Below are positions 13,287-28,200 of a DNA stretch of 64,000 nt, in pieces; position 1 is the stretch's first letter, and every line of letters begins with the position of its first letter. The DNA is from Eledone cirrhosa (Eukaryota), in contig OZ024745.1 of NCBI GenBank assembly GCA_964016885.1, positions 682,001 to 746,000 on the forward strand, given 5' to 3'. Position numbers and translations under genes: made by a program. The notes beneath the pieces are model-generated. The model searched no databases, was not told the DNA's origin, and was given only the letters and a program-made list of their open reading frames with translations.

Positions 13287-16200
13287 GGATGTCAGTGGTA
13301 TAGTGGATGTCTGTGGTATAGTGGATGTCAGTGGTATAGTGGATGTCAGTGGTATAGTGGATGTCAGTGGTATAGTGGATGTCAGTGGTATAGTGGATGT
13401 CAGTGGTATAGTGGATGTCAGTGGTATAGTGGATGTCTGTGGTATAGTGGATGTTTGTGGTATAGTGGATGTCAGTGGTATAGTGGATGTCTGTGGTATA
13501 GTGGATGTCAGTGGTATAGTGGATGTCAGTGGTATAGTGGATGTCAGTGGTATAGTGGATGTCTGTGGTATAGTGGATGTCAGTTGTATAGTGGATGTCA
13601 GTGGTATAGTGGATGTCAGTGGTATAGTGGATGTCAGTGGTATAGTGGATGTCAGTGGTATAGTTGATGTCTGTGGTATAGTGGATGTCAGTGGCATAGT
13701 GGATGTGTGTGGTATAGTGGATGTTTGTGGTATAGTGGATGCCAGTGGTATAGTGGATGTCAGTGGTATAGTGGATGTCAGTGGTATAGTGGATGTCTGT
13801 GGTATAGTGGATGTCAGTGGTATAGTGGATGTCAGTGGTATAGTGGATGTCTGTGGTATAGTGGATGTCAGTTGTATAGTGGATGTCAGTGGTATAGTGG
13901 ATGTCAGTTGTATAGTGGATGTCAGTGGTATAGTGGATGTCAGTGGTATAGTGGATGTCAGTGGTATAGTGGATGTCAGTGGCATAGTGGATGTGTGCGG
14001 TATAGTGGATGTTTGTGGTATAGTGGATGTCAGTGGTATAGTGGATGTCTGTGGTATAGTGGATGTCTGTGGTATAGTGGATGTCAGTGGTATAGTGGAT
14101 GTCAGTGGCATAGTGGATGTCAGTGGTATAGTGGATGTCAGTGGTATAGTGGATGTCAGTGGTATAGTGGATGTCTGTGGTATAGTGGATGTTTGTGGTA
14201 TAGTGGATGTCAGTGGTATAGTGGATGTCTGTGGTATAGTGGATGTCAGTGGTATAGTGGATGTCAGTGGTATAGTGGATGTCTGTGGTATAGTGGGTGT
14301 CAGTGGTATAGTGGATGTCAGTGGTATAGTGGATGTATGTGGTATAGTGGATGTCTGTGGTATAGTGGATGTCAGTGGTATAGTGGATGTCTGTGGAATA
14401 GTGGATGTCAGTGGTATAGTGGATGTCTGGTATAGTGGATGTCAGTGGTATAGTGGATGTCTGGTATAGTGGATGTCTGTGGTATAGTGGATGTCAGTGG
14501 TATATTGGATGTCTGGTATAGTGGATGTCAGTGGTATAGTGGATGTCTGGTATAGTGGATGTCAGTGGTATAGTGGATATCAGTGGTATAGTGGATGTCT
14601 GTGGTATAGTGGATGTCTGTGGCATAGTGGATGTCAGTGGTATAGTGGATGTCAGTGGTATAGTGGATGTCTGTGGTATAGTGGGTGTCAGTGGTATAGT
14701 GGATGTCAGTGGTATAGTGGATGTCAGTGGTATAGTGGATGTCTGGTATAGTGGATGTCAGTGGTATAGTGCATGTCTGTGGTATAGTGGATGTCAGTGG
14801 TATAGTGGATGTCTGTGGTATAGTGGGTGTCTGTGGTATAGTGGATGTCAGTGGTATAGTGGATGTCTGGTATAGTGGATGTCAGTGGTATAGTGGATGT
14901 CTGTGGTATAGTGGATGTCAGTGGTATAGTGGATGTCTGTGGTATAGTGGATGTCAGTGGTATAGTGGGTGTCAGTGGTATAGTGGATGTCAGTGGTATA
15001 GTGGATGTCAGTGGTATAGTGGATGTCTGTGGTATAGTGGATGTCAGTGGTATAGTGGATGTCTGTAGTATAGTGGATGTCAGTGGTATAGTGGATGTAT
15101 GTGGTATAGTGGATGTCAGTGGTATAGTGGATGTCTGGTATAGTGGATGTCTGTGGTATAGTGGATGTCAGTGGTATATTGGATGTCTGGTATAGTGGAT
15201 GTCAGTGGTATAGTGGATGTCTGTGGTATAGTGGATGTCAGTGGTATAGTGGATGTCTGTGGTATAGTGGATGTCAGTGGTATAGTGGATGTATGTGGTA
15301 TAGTGGATGTCAGTGGTATAGTGGATGTCAGTGGTATAGTGGATGTCTGTGGTATAGTGGATGTCTGTGGTATAGTGGATGTATGTGGTATAGTGGATGT
15401 CAGTGGTATAGTGGATGTCTGTGGTATAGTGGATGTATGTGGTATAGTGGATGTCTGTGGTATAGTGGATGTCAGTGGTATAGTGGATGTCAGTGGTATA
15501 GTGGATGTCAGTGGTATAGTGGATGTCAGTGATATAGTGGATGTCACTGGTATAGTGGATGTCAGTGGTATAGTGGATGTCTGTGGTATAGTGGATGTCA
15601 GTGGTATAGTGGATGTCTGTGGTATAGTGGATGTCAGTGGTATAGTGGATGTCTGTGGTATAGTGGATGTCAGTGGTATAGTGGATGTCTGTGGTATAGT
15701 GGATGTCAGTGGTATAGTGGATGTCAGTGGTATAGTGGATGTCAGTGGTATAGTGGATGTCTGTGGTATAGTGGATGTATGTGGTATAGTGGATGTCTGT
15801 GGTATAGTGGATGTCTGTGGTATAGTGGATGTATGTGGTATAGTGGATGTCTGTGGTATAGTGGATGTCAGTGGTATAGTGGATGTCTGTGGTATAGTGG
15901 ATGTATGTGGTATAGTGGATGTCTGTGGTATAGTGGATGTCAGTGGTATAGTGGATGTCTGTGGTATAGTGGATGTCAGTGGTATAGTGGATGTCTGTGG
16001 TATAGTGGATGTCAGTGGTATAGTGGATGTCTGTGGTATAGTGGATGTTTGTGGTATAGTGGATGTCAGTGGTATAGTGGATGTCTGTGGTATAGTGGAT
16101 GTCAGTGGTATAGTGGATGTCAGTGGTATAGTGGATGTCTGTGGTATAGTGGATGTATGTGGTATAGTGGATGTCTGTGGTATAGTGGATGTCAGTGGTA

Positions 16201-19200
16201 TAGTGGATGTCTGTGGTATAGTGGATGTCAGTGGTATAGTGGATGTCTGTGGTATAGTGGATGTCAGTGGTATAGTGGATGTCTGTGGTATAGTGGATGT
16301 TTGTGGTATAGTGGATGTCAGTGGTATAGTGGATGTCTGTGGTATAGTGGATGTCAGTGGTATAGTGGATGTCAGTGGTATAGTGGATGTCAGTGGTATA
16401 GTGGATGTCTGTGGTATAGTGGATGTCAGTTGTATAGTGGATGTCAGTGGTATAGTGGATGTCTGTGGTATAGTTGATGTCTGTCGTATAGTGGATGTCA
16501 GTGGTATAGTGGATGTCAGTGGTATAGTGGATGTCAGTGGTATAGTGGATGTCTGTGGTATAGTGGATGTCAGTGGTATAGTGGATGTCAGTGGTATAGT
16601 GGATGTCAGTGGTATAGTGGATGTCAGTGGTATAGTGGATGTCTGTGGTATAGTGGATGTCAGTGGTATAGTGGATGTCAGTGGTATAGTGGATGTCTGT
16701 GGTATAGTGGATGTATGTGGTATAGTGGATGTCTGTGGTATAGTGGATGTCAGTGGTATAGTGGATGTCAGTGGTATAGTGGATGTCAGTGGTCTAGTGG
16801 ATGTCTGGTATAGTGGATGTCAGTGGTATAGTAGATGTCTGTGGTATAGTGGATGTCAGTGGTATAGTGGATGTATGTGGTATAGTGGATGTCAGTGGTA
16901 TAGTGGATGTGTATGGTATAGTGGATGTCTGTGGTATAGTGGATGTCTGTGGTATAGTGGATGTCTGTGGTATAGTGGATGTCAGTGGTATAGTGGATGT
17001 CTGTGGTATAGTGGATGTCAGTGGTATAGTGGAGGTCTGTGGTATAGTGGATGTCTGTGGTATAGTGGATGTCAGTGGTATAGTGGATGTCTGGTATAGT
17101 GGATGTCAGTGGTATAGTGGATGTCTGTGGTATAGTGGATGTCTGTGGTATAGTGGATGTCAGTGGTATAGTGGATGTCTGGTATAGTGGATGTCAGTGG
17201 TATAGTGGAGGTCTGTGGTATAGTGGATGTCTGTGGTATAGTGGATGTCAGTGGTATAGTGGATGTCAGTGGTATAGTGGATGTCTGTGGTATAGTGGAT
17301 GTCTGTGGTATAGTGGATGTCTGTGGTATAGTGGATGTCAGTGGTATAATGGATGTCTGTGGTATAGTGGATGTCAGTGGTATAGTGGAGGTCTGTGGTA
17401 TAGTGGATGTCTGTGGTATAGTGGATGTCAGTGGTATAGTGGATGTCTGGTATAGTGGATGTCAGTGGTATAGTGGAGGTCTGTGGTATAGTGGATGTCT
17501 GTGGTATAGTGGATGTCAGTGGTATAGTGGATGTCTGGTATAGTGGATGTCAGTGGTATAGTGGAGGTCTGTGGTATAGTGGATGTCTGTGGTATAGTGG
17601 ATGTCAGTGGTATAGTGGATGTCAGTGGTATAGTGGATGTCTGTGGTATAGTGGATGTCTGTGGTATAGTGGATGTCTGTGGCATAGTGGATGTCAGTGG
17701 TATAGTGGATGTCTGTGGTATAGTGGATGTCTGTGGTATAGTGGATGTCTGTGGTATAGTGGATGTCAGTGGTATAGTGGATGTCAGTGGTATAGTGGAT
17801 GTCAGTGGTATAGTGGATGTCAGTGGTATAGTGGATGTCTGTGGTATAGTGGATGTCTGTGGTATAGTGGATGTATGTGGTATAGTGGATGTCAGTGGTA
17901 TAGTGGATGTCAGTGATATAGTGGATGTCAGTGGTATAGTGGATGTCAGTGGTATAGTGGATGTCTGTGGTATAGTGGATGTATGTGGTATAGTGGATGT
18001 CAGTGGTATAGTGGATGTCAGTGGTATAGTGGATGTCAGTGGTATAGTGGATGTCTGTGGTATAGTGGATGTCAGTGGTATAGTGGATGTCTGTGGTATA
18101 GTGGATGTATGTGGTATAGTGGATGTCTGTGGTATAGTGGATGTCAGTGGTATAGTGGATGTCAGTGGTATAGTGGATGTCAGTGATATAGTGGATGTCA
18201 GTGGTATAGTGGATGTCAGTGGTATAGTGGATGTCTGTGGTATAGTGGATGTATGTGGTATAGTGGATGTCTGTGGTATAGTGGATGTCAGTGGTATAGT
18301 GGATGTCAGTGGTATAGTGGATGTCTGTGGTATAGTGGATGTTTGTGGTATAGTGGATGTCAGTGGTATAGTGGATGTCTGTGGTATAGTGGATGTCAGT
18401 GGTATAGTGGATGTCAGTGGTATAGTGGATGTCAGTGGTATAGTGGATGTCTGTGGTATAGTGGATGTCTGTGGTATAGTGGATGTCAGTGGTATAGTGG
18501 ATGTCTGTGGTATAGTTGATGTCTGTCGTATAGTGGATGTCAGTGGTATAGTGGATGTCAGTGGTATAGTGGATGTCAGTGGTATAGTGGATGTCTGTGG
18601 TATAGTGGATGTCAGTGGTATAGTGGATGTCAGTGGTATAGTGGATGTCAGTGGTATAGTGGATGTCAGTGGTATAGTGGATGTATGTGGTATAGTGGAT
18701 GTCTGTGGTATAGTGGATGTCAGTGGTATAGTGGATGTCAGTGGTATAGTGGATGTCCGTGGTATAGTGGATGTATGTGGTATAGTGGATGTCTGTGGTA
18801 TAGTGGATGTCAGTGGTATAGTGGATGTCAGTGGTATAGTGGATGTCAGTGGTATAGTGGATGTCTGGTATAGTGGATGTCAGTGGTATAGTAGATGTCT
18901 GTGGTATAGTGGATGTCAGTGGTATAGTGGATGTATGTGGTATAGTGGATGTCAGTGGTATAGTGGATGTGTATGGTATACTGGATGTCTGTGGTATAGT
19001 GGATGTCTGTGGTATAGTGGATGTCTGTGGTATAGTGGATGTCAGTGGTATAGTGGATGTCTGTGGTATAGTGGATGTCAGTGGTATAGTGGAGGTCTGT
19101 GGTATAGTGGATGTCTGTGGTATAGTGGATGTCAGTGGTATAGTGGATGTCTGGTATAGTGGATGTCAGTGGTATAGTGGATGTCTGTGGTATAGTGGAT

Positions 19201-22200
19201 GTCTGTGGTATAGTGGATGTCAGTGGTATAGTGGATGTCTGGTATAGTGGATGTCAGTGGTATAGTGGAGGTCTGTGGTATAGTGGATGTCTGTGGTATA
19301 GTGGATGTCAGTGGTATAGTGGATGTCAGTGGTATAGTGGATGTCTGTGGTATAGTGGATGTCTGTGGTATAGTGGATGTCTGTGGTATAGTGGATGTCA
19401 GTGGTATAGTGGATGTCTGTGGTATAGTGGATGTCAGTGGTATAGTGGAGGTCTGTGGTATAGTGGATGTCTGTGGTATAGTGGATGTCAGTGGTATAGT
19501 GGATGTCTGGTATAGTGAATGTCAGTGGTATAGTGAATGTCAGTGGTATAGTGGATGTCAGTGGTATAGTGGATGTATGTGGTATAGTGGATGTCTGTGG
19601 TATAGTGGATGTCAGTGGTATAGTGGATGTCAGTGGTATAGTGGAGGTCTGTGGTATAGTGGATGTATGTGGTATAGTGGATGTCTGTGGTATAGTGGAT
19701 GTCAGTGGTATAGTGGAGGTCTGTGGTATAGTGGATGTATGTGGTATAGTGGATGTCTGTGGTATAGTGGATGTCTGTGGTATAGTGGATGTATGTGGTA
19801 TAGTGGATGTCTGTGGTATAGTGGATGTCAGTGGTATAGTGGATGTCTGTGGTATAGTGGATGTATGTGGTATAGTGGATGTCTGTGGTATAGTGGATGT
19901 CAGTGGTATAGTGGATGTCTGTGGTATAGTGGATGTCAGTGGTATAGTGGATGTCTGTGGTATAGTGGATGTCAGTGGTATAGTGGATGTCTGTGGTATA
20001 GTGGATGTTTGTGGTATAGTGGATGTCAGTGGTATAGTGGATGTCTGTGGTATAGTGGATGTCAGTGGTATAGTGGATGTCAGTGGTATAGTGGATGTCT
20101 GTGGTATAGTGGATGTATGTGGTATAGTGGATGTCTGTGGTATAGTGGATGTCAGTGGTATAGTGGATGTCTGTGGTATAGTGGATGTCAGTGGTATAAT
20201 GGATGTCTGTGGTATAGTGGATGTCAGTGGTATAGTGGATGTCTGTGGTATAGTGGATGTTTGTGGTATAGTGGATGTCAGTGGTATAGTGGATGTCTGT
20301 GGTATAGTGGATGTCAGTGGTATAGTGGATGTCAGTGGTATAGTGGATGTCAGTGGTATAGTGGATGTCTGTGGTATAGTGGATGTCAGTTGTATAGTGG
20401 ATGTCAGTGGTATAGTGGATGTCTGTGGTATAGTTGATGTCTGTCGTATAGTGGATGTCAGTGGTATAGTGGATGTCAGTGGTATAGTGGAGGTCTGTGG
20501 TATAGTGGATGTCAGTGGTATAGTGGATGTCAGTGGTATAGTGGATGTCTGTGGTATAGTGGATGTCTGTGGTATAGTGGATGTCTGTGGTATAGTGGAT
20601 GTCAGTGGTATAGTGGAGGTCTGTGGTATAGTGGAGGTCTGTGGTATAGTGGATGTCTGGTATAGTGGATGTCAGTGGTATAGTGGATGTCAGTGGTATA
20701 GTGGATGTCTGGTATAGTGGATGTCAGTGGTATAGTGGATGTCTGTGGTATAGTGGATGTCTGTGGTATAGTGGATGTCAGTGGTATAGTGGATGTCTGG
20801 TATAGTGGATGTCAGTGGTATAGTGGATGTCTGTGGTATAGTGGATGTCAGTGGTATAGTGGATGTCAGTGGTATAGTGGATGTCTGTGGTATAGTGGAT
20901 GTCTGTGGTATAGTGGATGTCTGTGGTATAGTGGATGTCAGTGGTATAATGGATGTCTGTGGTATAGTGGATGTCAGTGGTATAGTGGAGGTCTGTGGTA
21001 TAGTGGATGTTTGTGGTATAGTGGATGTCAGTGGTATAGTGGATGTCTGTGGTATAGTGGATGTCAGTGGTATAGTGGATGTCAGTGGTATAGTGGATGT
21101 CTGTGGTATAGTGGATGTATGTGGTATAGTGGATGTCTGTGGTATAGTGGATGTCAGTGGTATAGTGGATGTCTGTGGTATAGTGGATGTCAGTGGTATA
21201 GTGGATGTCTGTGGTATAGTGGATGTCAGTGGTATAGTGGATGTCTGTGGTATAGTGGATGTTTGTGGTATAGTGGATGTCAGTGGTATAGTGGATGTCT
21301 GTGGTATAGTGGATGTCAGTGGTATAGTGGATGTCAGTGGTATAGTGGATGTCAGTGGTATAGTGGATGTCTGTGGTATAGTGGATGTCAGTTGTATAGT
21401 GGATGTCAGTGGTATAGTGGATGTCTGTGGTATAGTTGATGTCTGTCGTATAGTGGATGTCAGTGGTATAGTGGATGTCAGTGGTATAGTGGATGTCAGT
21501 GGTATAGTGGATGTCTGTGGTATAGTGGATGTCAGTGGTATAGTGGATGTCAGTGGTATAGTGGATGTCAGTGGTATAGTGGATGTCAGTGGTATAGTGG
21601 ATGTCTGTGGTATAGTGGATGTCAGTGGTATAGTGGATGTCAGTGGTATAGTGGATGTCTGTGGTATAGTGGATGTATGTGGTATAGTGGATGTCTGTGG
21701 TATAGTGGATGTCAGTGGTATAGTGGATGTCAGTGGTATAGTGGATGTCAGTGGTCTAGTGGATGTCTGGTATAGTGGATGTCAGTGGTATAGTAGATGT
21801 CTGTGGTATAGTGGATGTCAGTGGTATAGTGGATGTATGTGGTATAGTGGATGTCAGTGGTATAGTGGATGTGTATGGTATAGTGGATGTCTGTGGTATA
21901 GTGGATGTCTGTGGTATAGTGGATGTCTGTGGTATAGTGGATGTCAGTGGTATAGTGGATGTCTGTGGTATAGTGGATGTCAGTGGTATAGTGGAGGTCT
22001 GTGGTATAGTGGATGTCTGTGGTATAGTGGATGTCAGTGGTATAGTGGATGTCTGGTATAGTGGATGTCAGTGGTATAGTGGATGTCTGTGGTATAGTGG
22101 ATGTCTGTGGTATAGTGGATGTCAGTGGTATAGTGGATGTCTGGTATAGTGGATGTCAGTGGTATAGTGGAGGTCTGTGGTATAGTGGATGTCTGTGGTA

Positions 22201-25200
22201 TAGTGGATGTCAGTGGTATAGTGGATGTCAGTGGTATAGTGGATGTCTGTGGTATAGTGGATGTCTGTGGTATAGTGGATGTCTGTGGTATAGTGGATGT
22301 CAGTGGTATAATGGATGTCTGTGGTATAGTGGATGTCAGTGGTATAGTGGAGGTCTGTGGTATAGTGGATGTCTGTGGTATAGTGGATGTCAGTGGTATA
22401 GTGGATGTCTGGTATAGTGGATGTCAGTGGTATAGTGGAGGTCTGTGGTATAGTGGATGTCTGTGGTATAGTGGATGTCAGTGGTATAGTGGATGTCTGG
22501 TATAGTGGATGTCAGTGGTATAGTGGAGGTCTGTGGTATAGTGGATGTCTGTGGTATAGTGGATGTCAGTGGTATAGTGGATGTCAGTGGTATAGTGGAT
22601 GTCTGTGGTATAGTGGATGTCTGTGGTATAGTGGATGTCTGTGGCATAGTGGATGTCAGTGGTATAGTGGATGTCTGTGGTATAGTGGATGTCTGTGGTA
22701 TAGTGGATGTCTGTGGTATAGTGGATGTCAGTGGTATAGTGGATGTCAGTGGTATAGTGGATGTCAGTGGTATAGTGGATGTCAGTGGTATAGTGGATGT
22801 CTGTGGTATAGTGGATGTCTGTGGTATAGTGGATGTATGTGGTATAGTGGATGTCAGTGGTATAGTGGATGTCAGTGATATAGTGGATGTCAGTGGTATA
22901 GTGGATGTCAGTGGTATAGTGGATGTCTGTGGTATAGTGGATGTATGTGGTATAGTGGATGTCAGTGGTATAGTGGATGTCAGTGGTATAGTGGATGTCA
23001 GTGGTATAGTGGATGTCTGTGGTATAGTGGATGTCAGTGGTATAGTGGATGTCTGTGGTATAGTGGATGTATGTGGTATAGTGGATGTCTGTGGTATAGT
23101 GGATGTCAGTGGTATAGTGGATGTCAGTGGTATAGTGGATGTCAGTGATATAGTGGATGTCAGTGGTATAGTGGATGTCAGTGGTATAGTGGATGTCTGT
23201 GGTATAGTGGATGTATGTGGTATAGTGGATGTCTGTGGTATAGTGGATGTCAGTGGTATAGTGGATGTCAGTGGTATAGTGGATGTCTGTGGTATAGTGG
23301 ATGTTTGTGGTATAGTGGATGTCAGTGGTATAGTGGATGTCTGTGGTATAGTGGATGTCAGTGGTATAGTGGATGTCAGTGGTATAGTGGATGTCAGTGG
23401 TATAGTGGATGTCTGTGGTATAGTGGATGTCTGTGGTATAGTGGATGTCAGTGGTATAGTGGATGTCTGTGGTATAGTTGATGTCTGTCGTATAGTGGAT
23501 GTCAGTGGTATAGTGGATGTCAGTGGTATAGTGGATGTCAGTGGTATAGTGGATGTCTGTGGTATAGTGGATGTCAGTGGTATAGTGGATGTCAGTGGTA
23601 TAGTGGATGTCAGTGGTATAGTGGATGTCAGTGGTATAGTGGATGTATGTGGTATAGTGGATGTCTGTGGTATAGTGGATGTCAGTGGTATAGTGGATGT
23701 CAGTGGTATAGTGGATGTCCGTGGTATAGTGGATGTATGTGGTATAGTGGATGTCTGTGGTATAGTGGATGTCAGTGGTATAGTGGATGTCAGTGGTATA
23801 GTGGATGTCAGTGGTATAGTGGATGTCTGGTATAGTGGATGTCAGTGGTATAGTAGATGTCTGTGGTATAGTGGATGTCAGTGGTATAGTGGATGTATGT
23901 GGTATAGTGGATGTCAGTGGTATAGTGGATGTGTATGGTATACTGGATGTCTGTGGTATAGTGGATGTCTGTGGTATAGTGGATGTCTGTGGTATAGTGG
24001 ATGTCAGTGGTATAGTGGATGTCTGTGGTATAGTGGATGTCAGTGGTATAGTGGAGGTCTGTGGTATAGTGGATGTCTGTGGTATAGTGGATGTCAGTGG
24101 TATAGTGGATGTCTGGTATAGTGGATGTCAGTGGTATAGTGGATGTCTGTGGTATAGTGGATGTCTGTGGTATAGTGGATGTCAGTGGTATAGTGGATGT
24201 CTGGTATAGTGGATGTCAGTGGTATAGTGGAGGTCTGTGGTATAGTGGATGTCTGTGGTATAGTGGATGTCAGTGGTATAGTGGATGTCAGTGGTATAGT
24301 GGATGTCTGTGGTATAGTGGATGTCTGTGGTATAGTGGATGTCTGTGGTATAGTGGATGTCAGTGGTATAGTGGATGTCTGTGGTATAGTGGATGTCAGT
24401 GGTATAGTGGAGGTCTGTGGTATAGTGGATGTCTGTGGTATAGTGGATGTCAGTGGTATAGTGGATGTCTGGTATAGTGAATGTCAGTGGTATAGTGAAT
24501 GTCAGTGGTATAGTGGATGTCAGTGGTATAGTGGATGTATGTGGTATAGTGGATGTCTGTGGTATAGTGGATGTCAGTGGTATAGTGGATGTCAGTGGTA
24601 TAGTGGAGGTCTGTGGTATAGTGGATGTATGTGGTATAGTGGATGTCTGTGGTATAGTGGATGTCAGTGGTATAGTGGAGGTCTGTGGTATAGTGGATGT
24701 ATGTGGTATAGTGGATGTCTGTGGTATAGTGGATGTCTGTGGTATAGTGGATGTATGTGGTATAGTGGATGTCTGTGGTATAGTGGATGTCAGTGGTATA
24801 GTGGATGTCTGTGGTATAGTGGATGTATGTGGTATAGTGGATGTCTGTGGTATAGTGGATGTCAGTGGTATAGTGGATGTCTGTGGTATAGTGGATGTCA
24901 GTGGTATAGTGGATGTCTGTGGTATAGTGGATGTCAGTGGTATAGTGGATGTCTGTGGTATAGTGGATGTTTGTGGTATAGTGGATGTCAGTGGTATAGT
25001 GGATGTCTGTGGTATAGTGGATGTCAGTGGTATAGTGGATGTCAGTGGTATAGTGGATGTCTGTGGTATAGTGGATGTATGTGGTATAGTGGATGTCTGT
25101 GGTATAGTGGATGTCAGTGGTATAGTGGATGTCTGTGGTATAGTGGATGTCAGTGGTATAATGGATGTCTGTGGTATAGTGGATGTCAGTGGTATAGTGG

Positions 25201-28200
25201 ATGTCTGTGGTATAGTGGATGTTTGTGGTATAGTGGATGTCAGTGGTATAGTGGATGTCTGTGGTATAGTGGATGTCAGTGGTATAGTGGATGTCAGTGG
25301 TATAGTGGATGTCAGTGGTATAGTGGATGTCTGTGGTATAGTGGATGTCAGTTGTATAGTGGATGTCAGTGGTATAGTGGATGTCTGTGGTATAGTTGAT
25401 GTCTGTCGTATAGTGGATGTCAGTGGTATAGTGGATGTCAGTGGTATAGTGGAGGTCTGTGGTATAGTGGATGTCAGTGGTATAGTGGATGTCAGTGGTA
25501 TAGTGGATGTCTGTGGTATAGTGGATGTCTGTGGTATAGTGGATGTCTGTGGTATAGTGGATGTCAGTGGTATAGTGGAGGTCTGTGGTATAGTGGAGGT
25601 CTGTGGTATAGTGGATGTCTGGTATAGTGGATGTCAGTGGTATAGTGGATGTCAGTGGTATAGTGGATGTCTGGTATAGTGGATGTCAGTGGTATAGTGG
25701 ATGTCTGTGGTATAGTGGATGTCTGTGGTATAGTGGATGTCAGTGGTATAGTGGATGTCTGGTATAGTGGATGTCAGTGGTATAGTGGATGTCTGTGGTA
25801 TAGTGGATGTCAGTGGTATAGTGGATGTCAGTGGTATAGTGGATGTCTGTGGTTTAGTGGATGTCTGTGGTATAGTGGATGTCTGTGGTATAGTGGATGT
25901 CAGTGGTATAATGGATGTCTGTGGTATAGTGGATGTCAGTGGTATAGTGGAGGTCTGTGGTATAGTGGATGTCTGTGGTATAGTGGATGTCAGTGGTATA
26001 GTGGATGTCTGGTATAGTGGATGTCAGTGGTATAGTGGAGGTCTGTGGTATAGTGGATGTCTGTGGTATAGTGGATGTCAGTGGTATAGTGGATGTCTGG
26101 TATAGTGGATGTCAGTGGTATAGTGGAGGTCTGTGGTATAGTGGATGTCTGTGGTATAGTGGATGTCAGTGGTATAGTGGATGTCAGTGGTATAGTGGAT
26201 GTCTGTGGTATAGTGGATGTCTGTGGTATAGTGGATGTCTGTGGCATAGTGGATGTCAGTGGTATAGTGGATGTCTGTGGTATAGTGGATGTCTGTGGTA
26301 TAGTGGATGTCTGTGGTATAGTGGATGTCAGTGGTATAGTGGATGTCAGTGGTATAGTGGATGTCAGTGGTATAGTGGATGCCAGTGGTATAGTGGATGT
26401 CTGTGGTATAGTGGATGTCTGTGGTATAGTGGATGTATGTGGTATAGTGGATGTCAGTGGTATAGTGGATGTCAGTGATATAGTGGATGTCAGTGGTATA
26501 GTGGATGTCAGTGGTATAGTGGATGTCTGTGGTATAGTGGATGTATGTGGTATAGTGGATGTCAGTGGTATAGTGGATGTCAGTGGTATAGTGGATGTCA
26601 GTGGTATAGTGGATGTCTGTGGTATAGTGGATGTCAGTGGTATAGTGGATGTCTGTGGTATAGTGGATGTATGTGGTATAGTGGATGTCTGTGGTATAGT
26701 GGATGTCAGTGGTATAGTGGATGTCAGTGGTATAGTGGATGTCAGTGGTATAGTGGATGTCAGTGATATAGTGGATGTCAGTGGTATAGTGGATGTCAGT
26801 GGTATAGTGGATGTCTGTGGTATAGTGGATGTATGTGGTATAGTGGATGTCTGTGGTATAGTGGATGTCAGTGGTATAGTGGATGTCAGTGGTATAGTGG
26901 ATGTCTGTGGTATAGTGGATGTTTGTGGTATAGTGGATGTCAGTGGTATAGTGGATGTCAGTGGTATAGTGGATGTCTGGTATAGTGAATGTCAGTGGTA
27001 TAGTGAATGTCAGTGGTATAGTGGATGTCAGTGGTATAGTGGATGTATGTGGTATAGTGGATGTCTGTGGTATAGTGGATGTCAGTGGTATAGTGGATGT
27101 CAGTGGTATAGTGGAGGTCTGTGGTATAGTGGATGTATGTGGTATAGTGGATGTCTGTGGTATAGTGGATGTCAGTGGTATAGTGGAGGTCTGTGGTATA
27201 GTGGATGTATGTGGTATAGTGGATGTCTGTGGTATAGTGGATGTCTGTGGTATAGTGGATGTATGTGGTATAGTGGATGTCTGTGGTATAGTGGATGTCA
27301 GTGGTATAGTGGATGTCTGTGGTATAGTGGATGTATGTGGTATAGTGGATGTCTGTGGTATAGTGGATGTCAGTGGTATAGTGGATGTCTGTGGTATAGT
27401 GGATGTCAGTGGTATAGTGGATGCCTGTGGTATAGTGGATGTCAGTGGTATAGTGGATGTCTGTGGTATAGTGGATGTTTGTGGTATAGTGGATGTCAGT
27501 GGTATAGTGGATGTCTGTGGTATAGTGGATGTCAGTGGTATAGTGGATGTCAGTGGTATAGTGGATGTCTGTGGTATAGTGGATGTATGTGGTATAGTGG
27601 ATGTCTGTGGTATAGTGGATGTCAGTGGTATAGTGGATGTCTGTGGTATAGTGGATGTCAGTGGTATAATGGATGTCTGTGGTATAGTGGATGTCAGTGG
27701 TATAGTGGATGTCTGTGGTATAGTGGATGTTTGTGGTATAGTGGATGTCAGTGGTATAGTGGATGTCTGTGGTATAGTGGATGTCAGTGGTATAGTGGAT
27801 GTCAGTGGTATAGTGGATGTCAGTGGTATAGTGGATGTCTGTGGTATAGTGGATGTCAGTTGTATAGTGGATGTCAGTGGTATAGTGGATGTCTGTGGTA
27901 TAGTTGATGTCTGTCGTATAGTGGATGTCAGTGGTATAGTGGATGTCAGTGGTATAGTGGAGGTCTGTGGTATAGTGGATGTCAGTGGTATAGTGGATGT
28001 CAGTGGTATAGTGGATGTCTGTGGTATAGTGGATGTCTGTGGTATAGTGGATGTCTGTGGTATAGTGGATGTCAGTGGTATAGTGGAGGTCTGTGGTATA
28101 GTGGAGGTCTGTGGTATAGTGGATGTCTGGTATAGTGGATGTCAGTGGTATAGTGGATGTCAGTGGTATAGTGGATGTCTGGTATAGTGGATGTCAGTGG

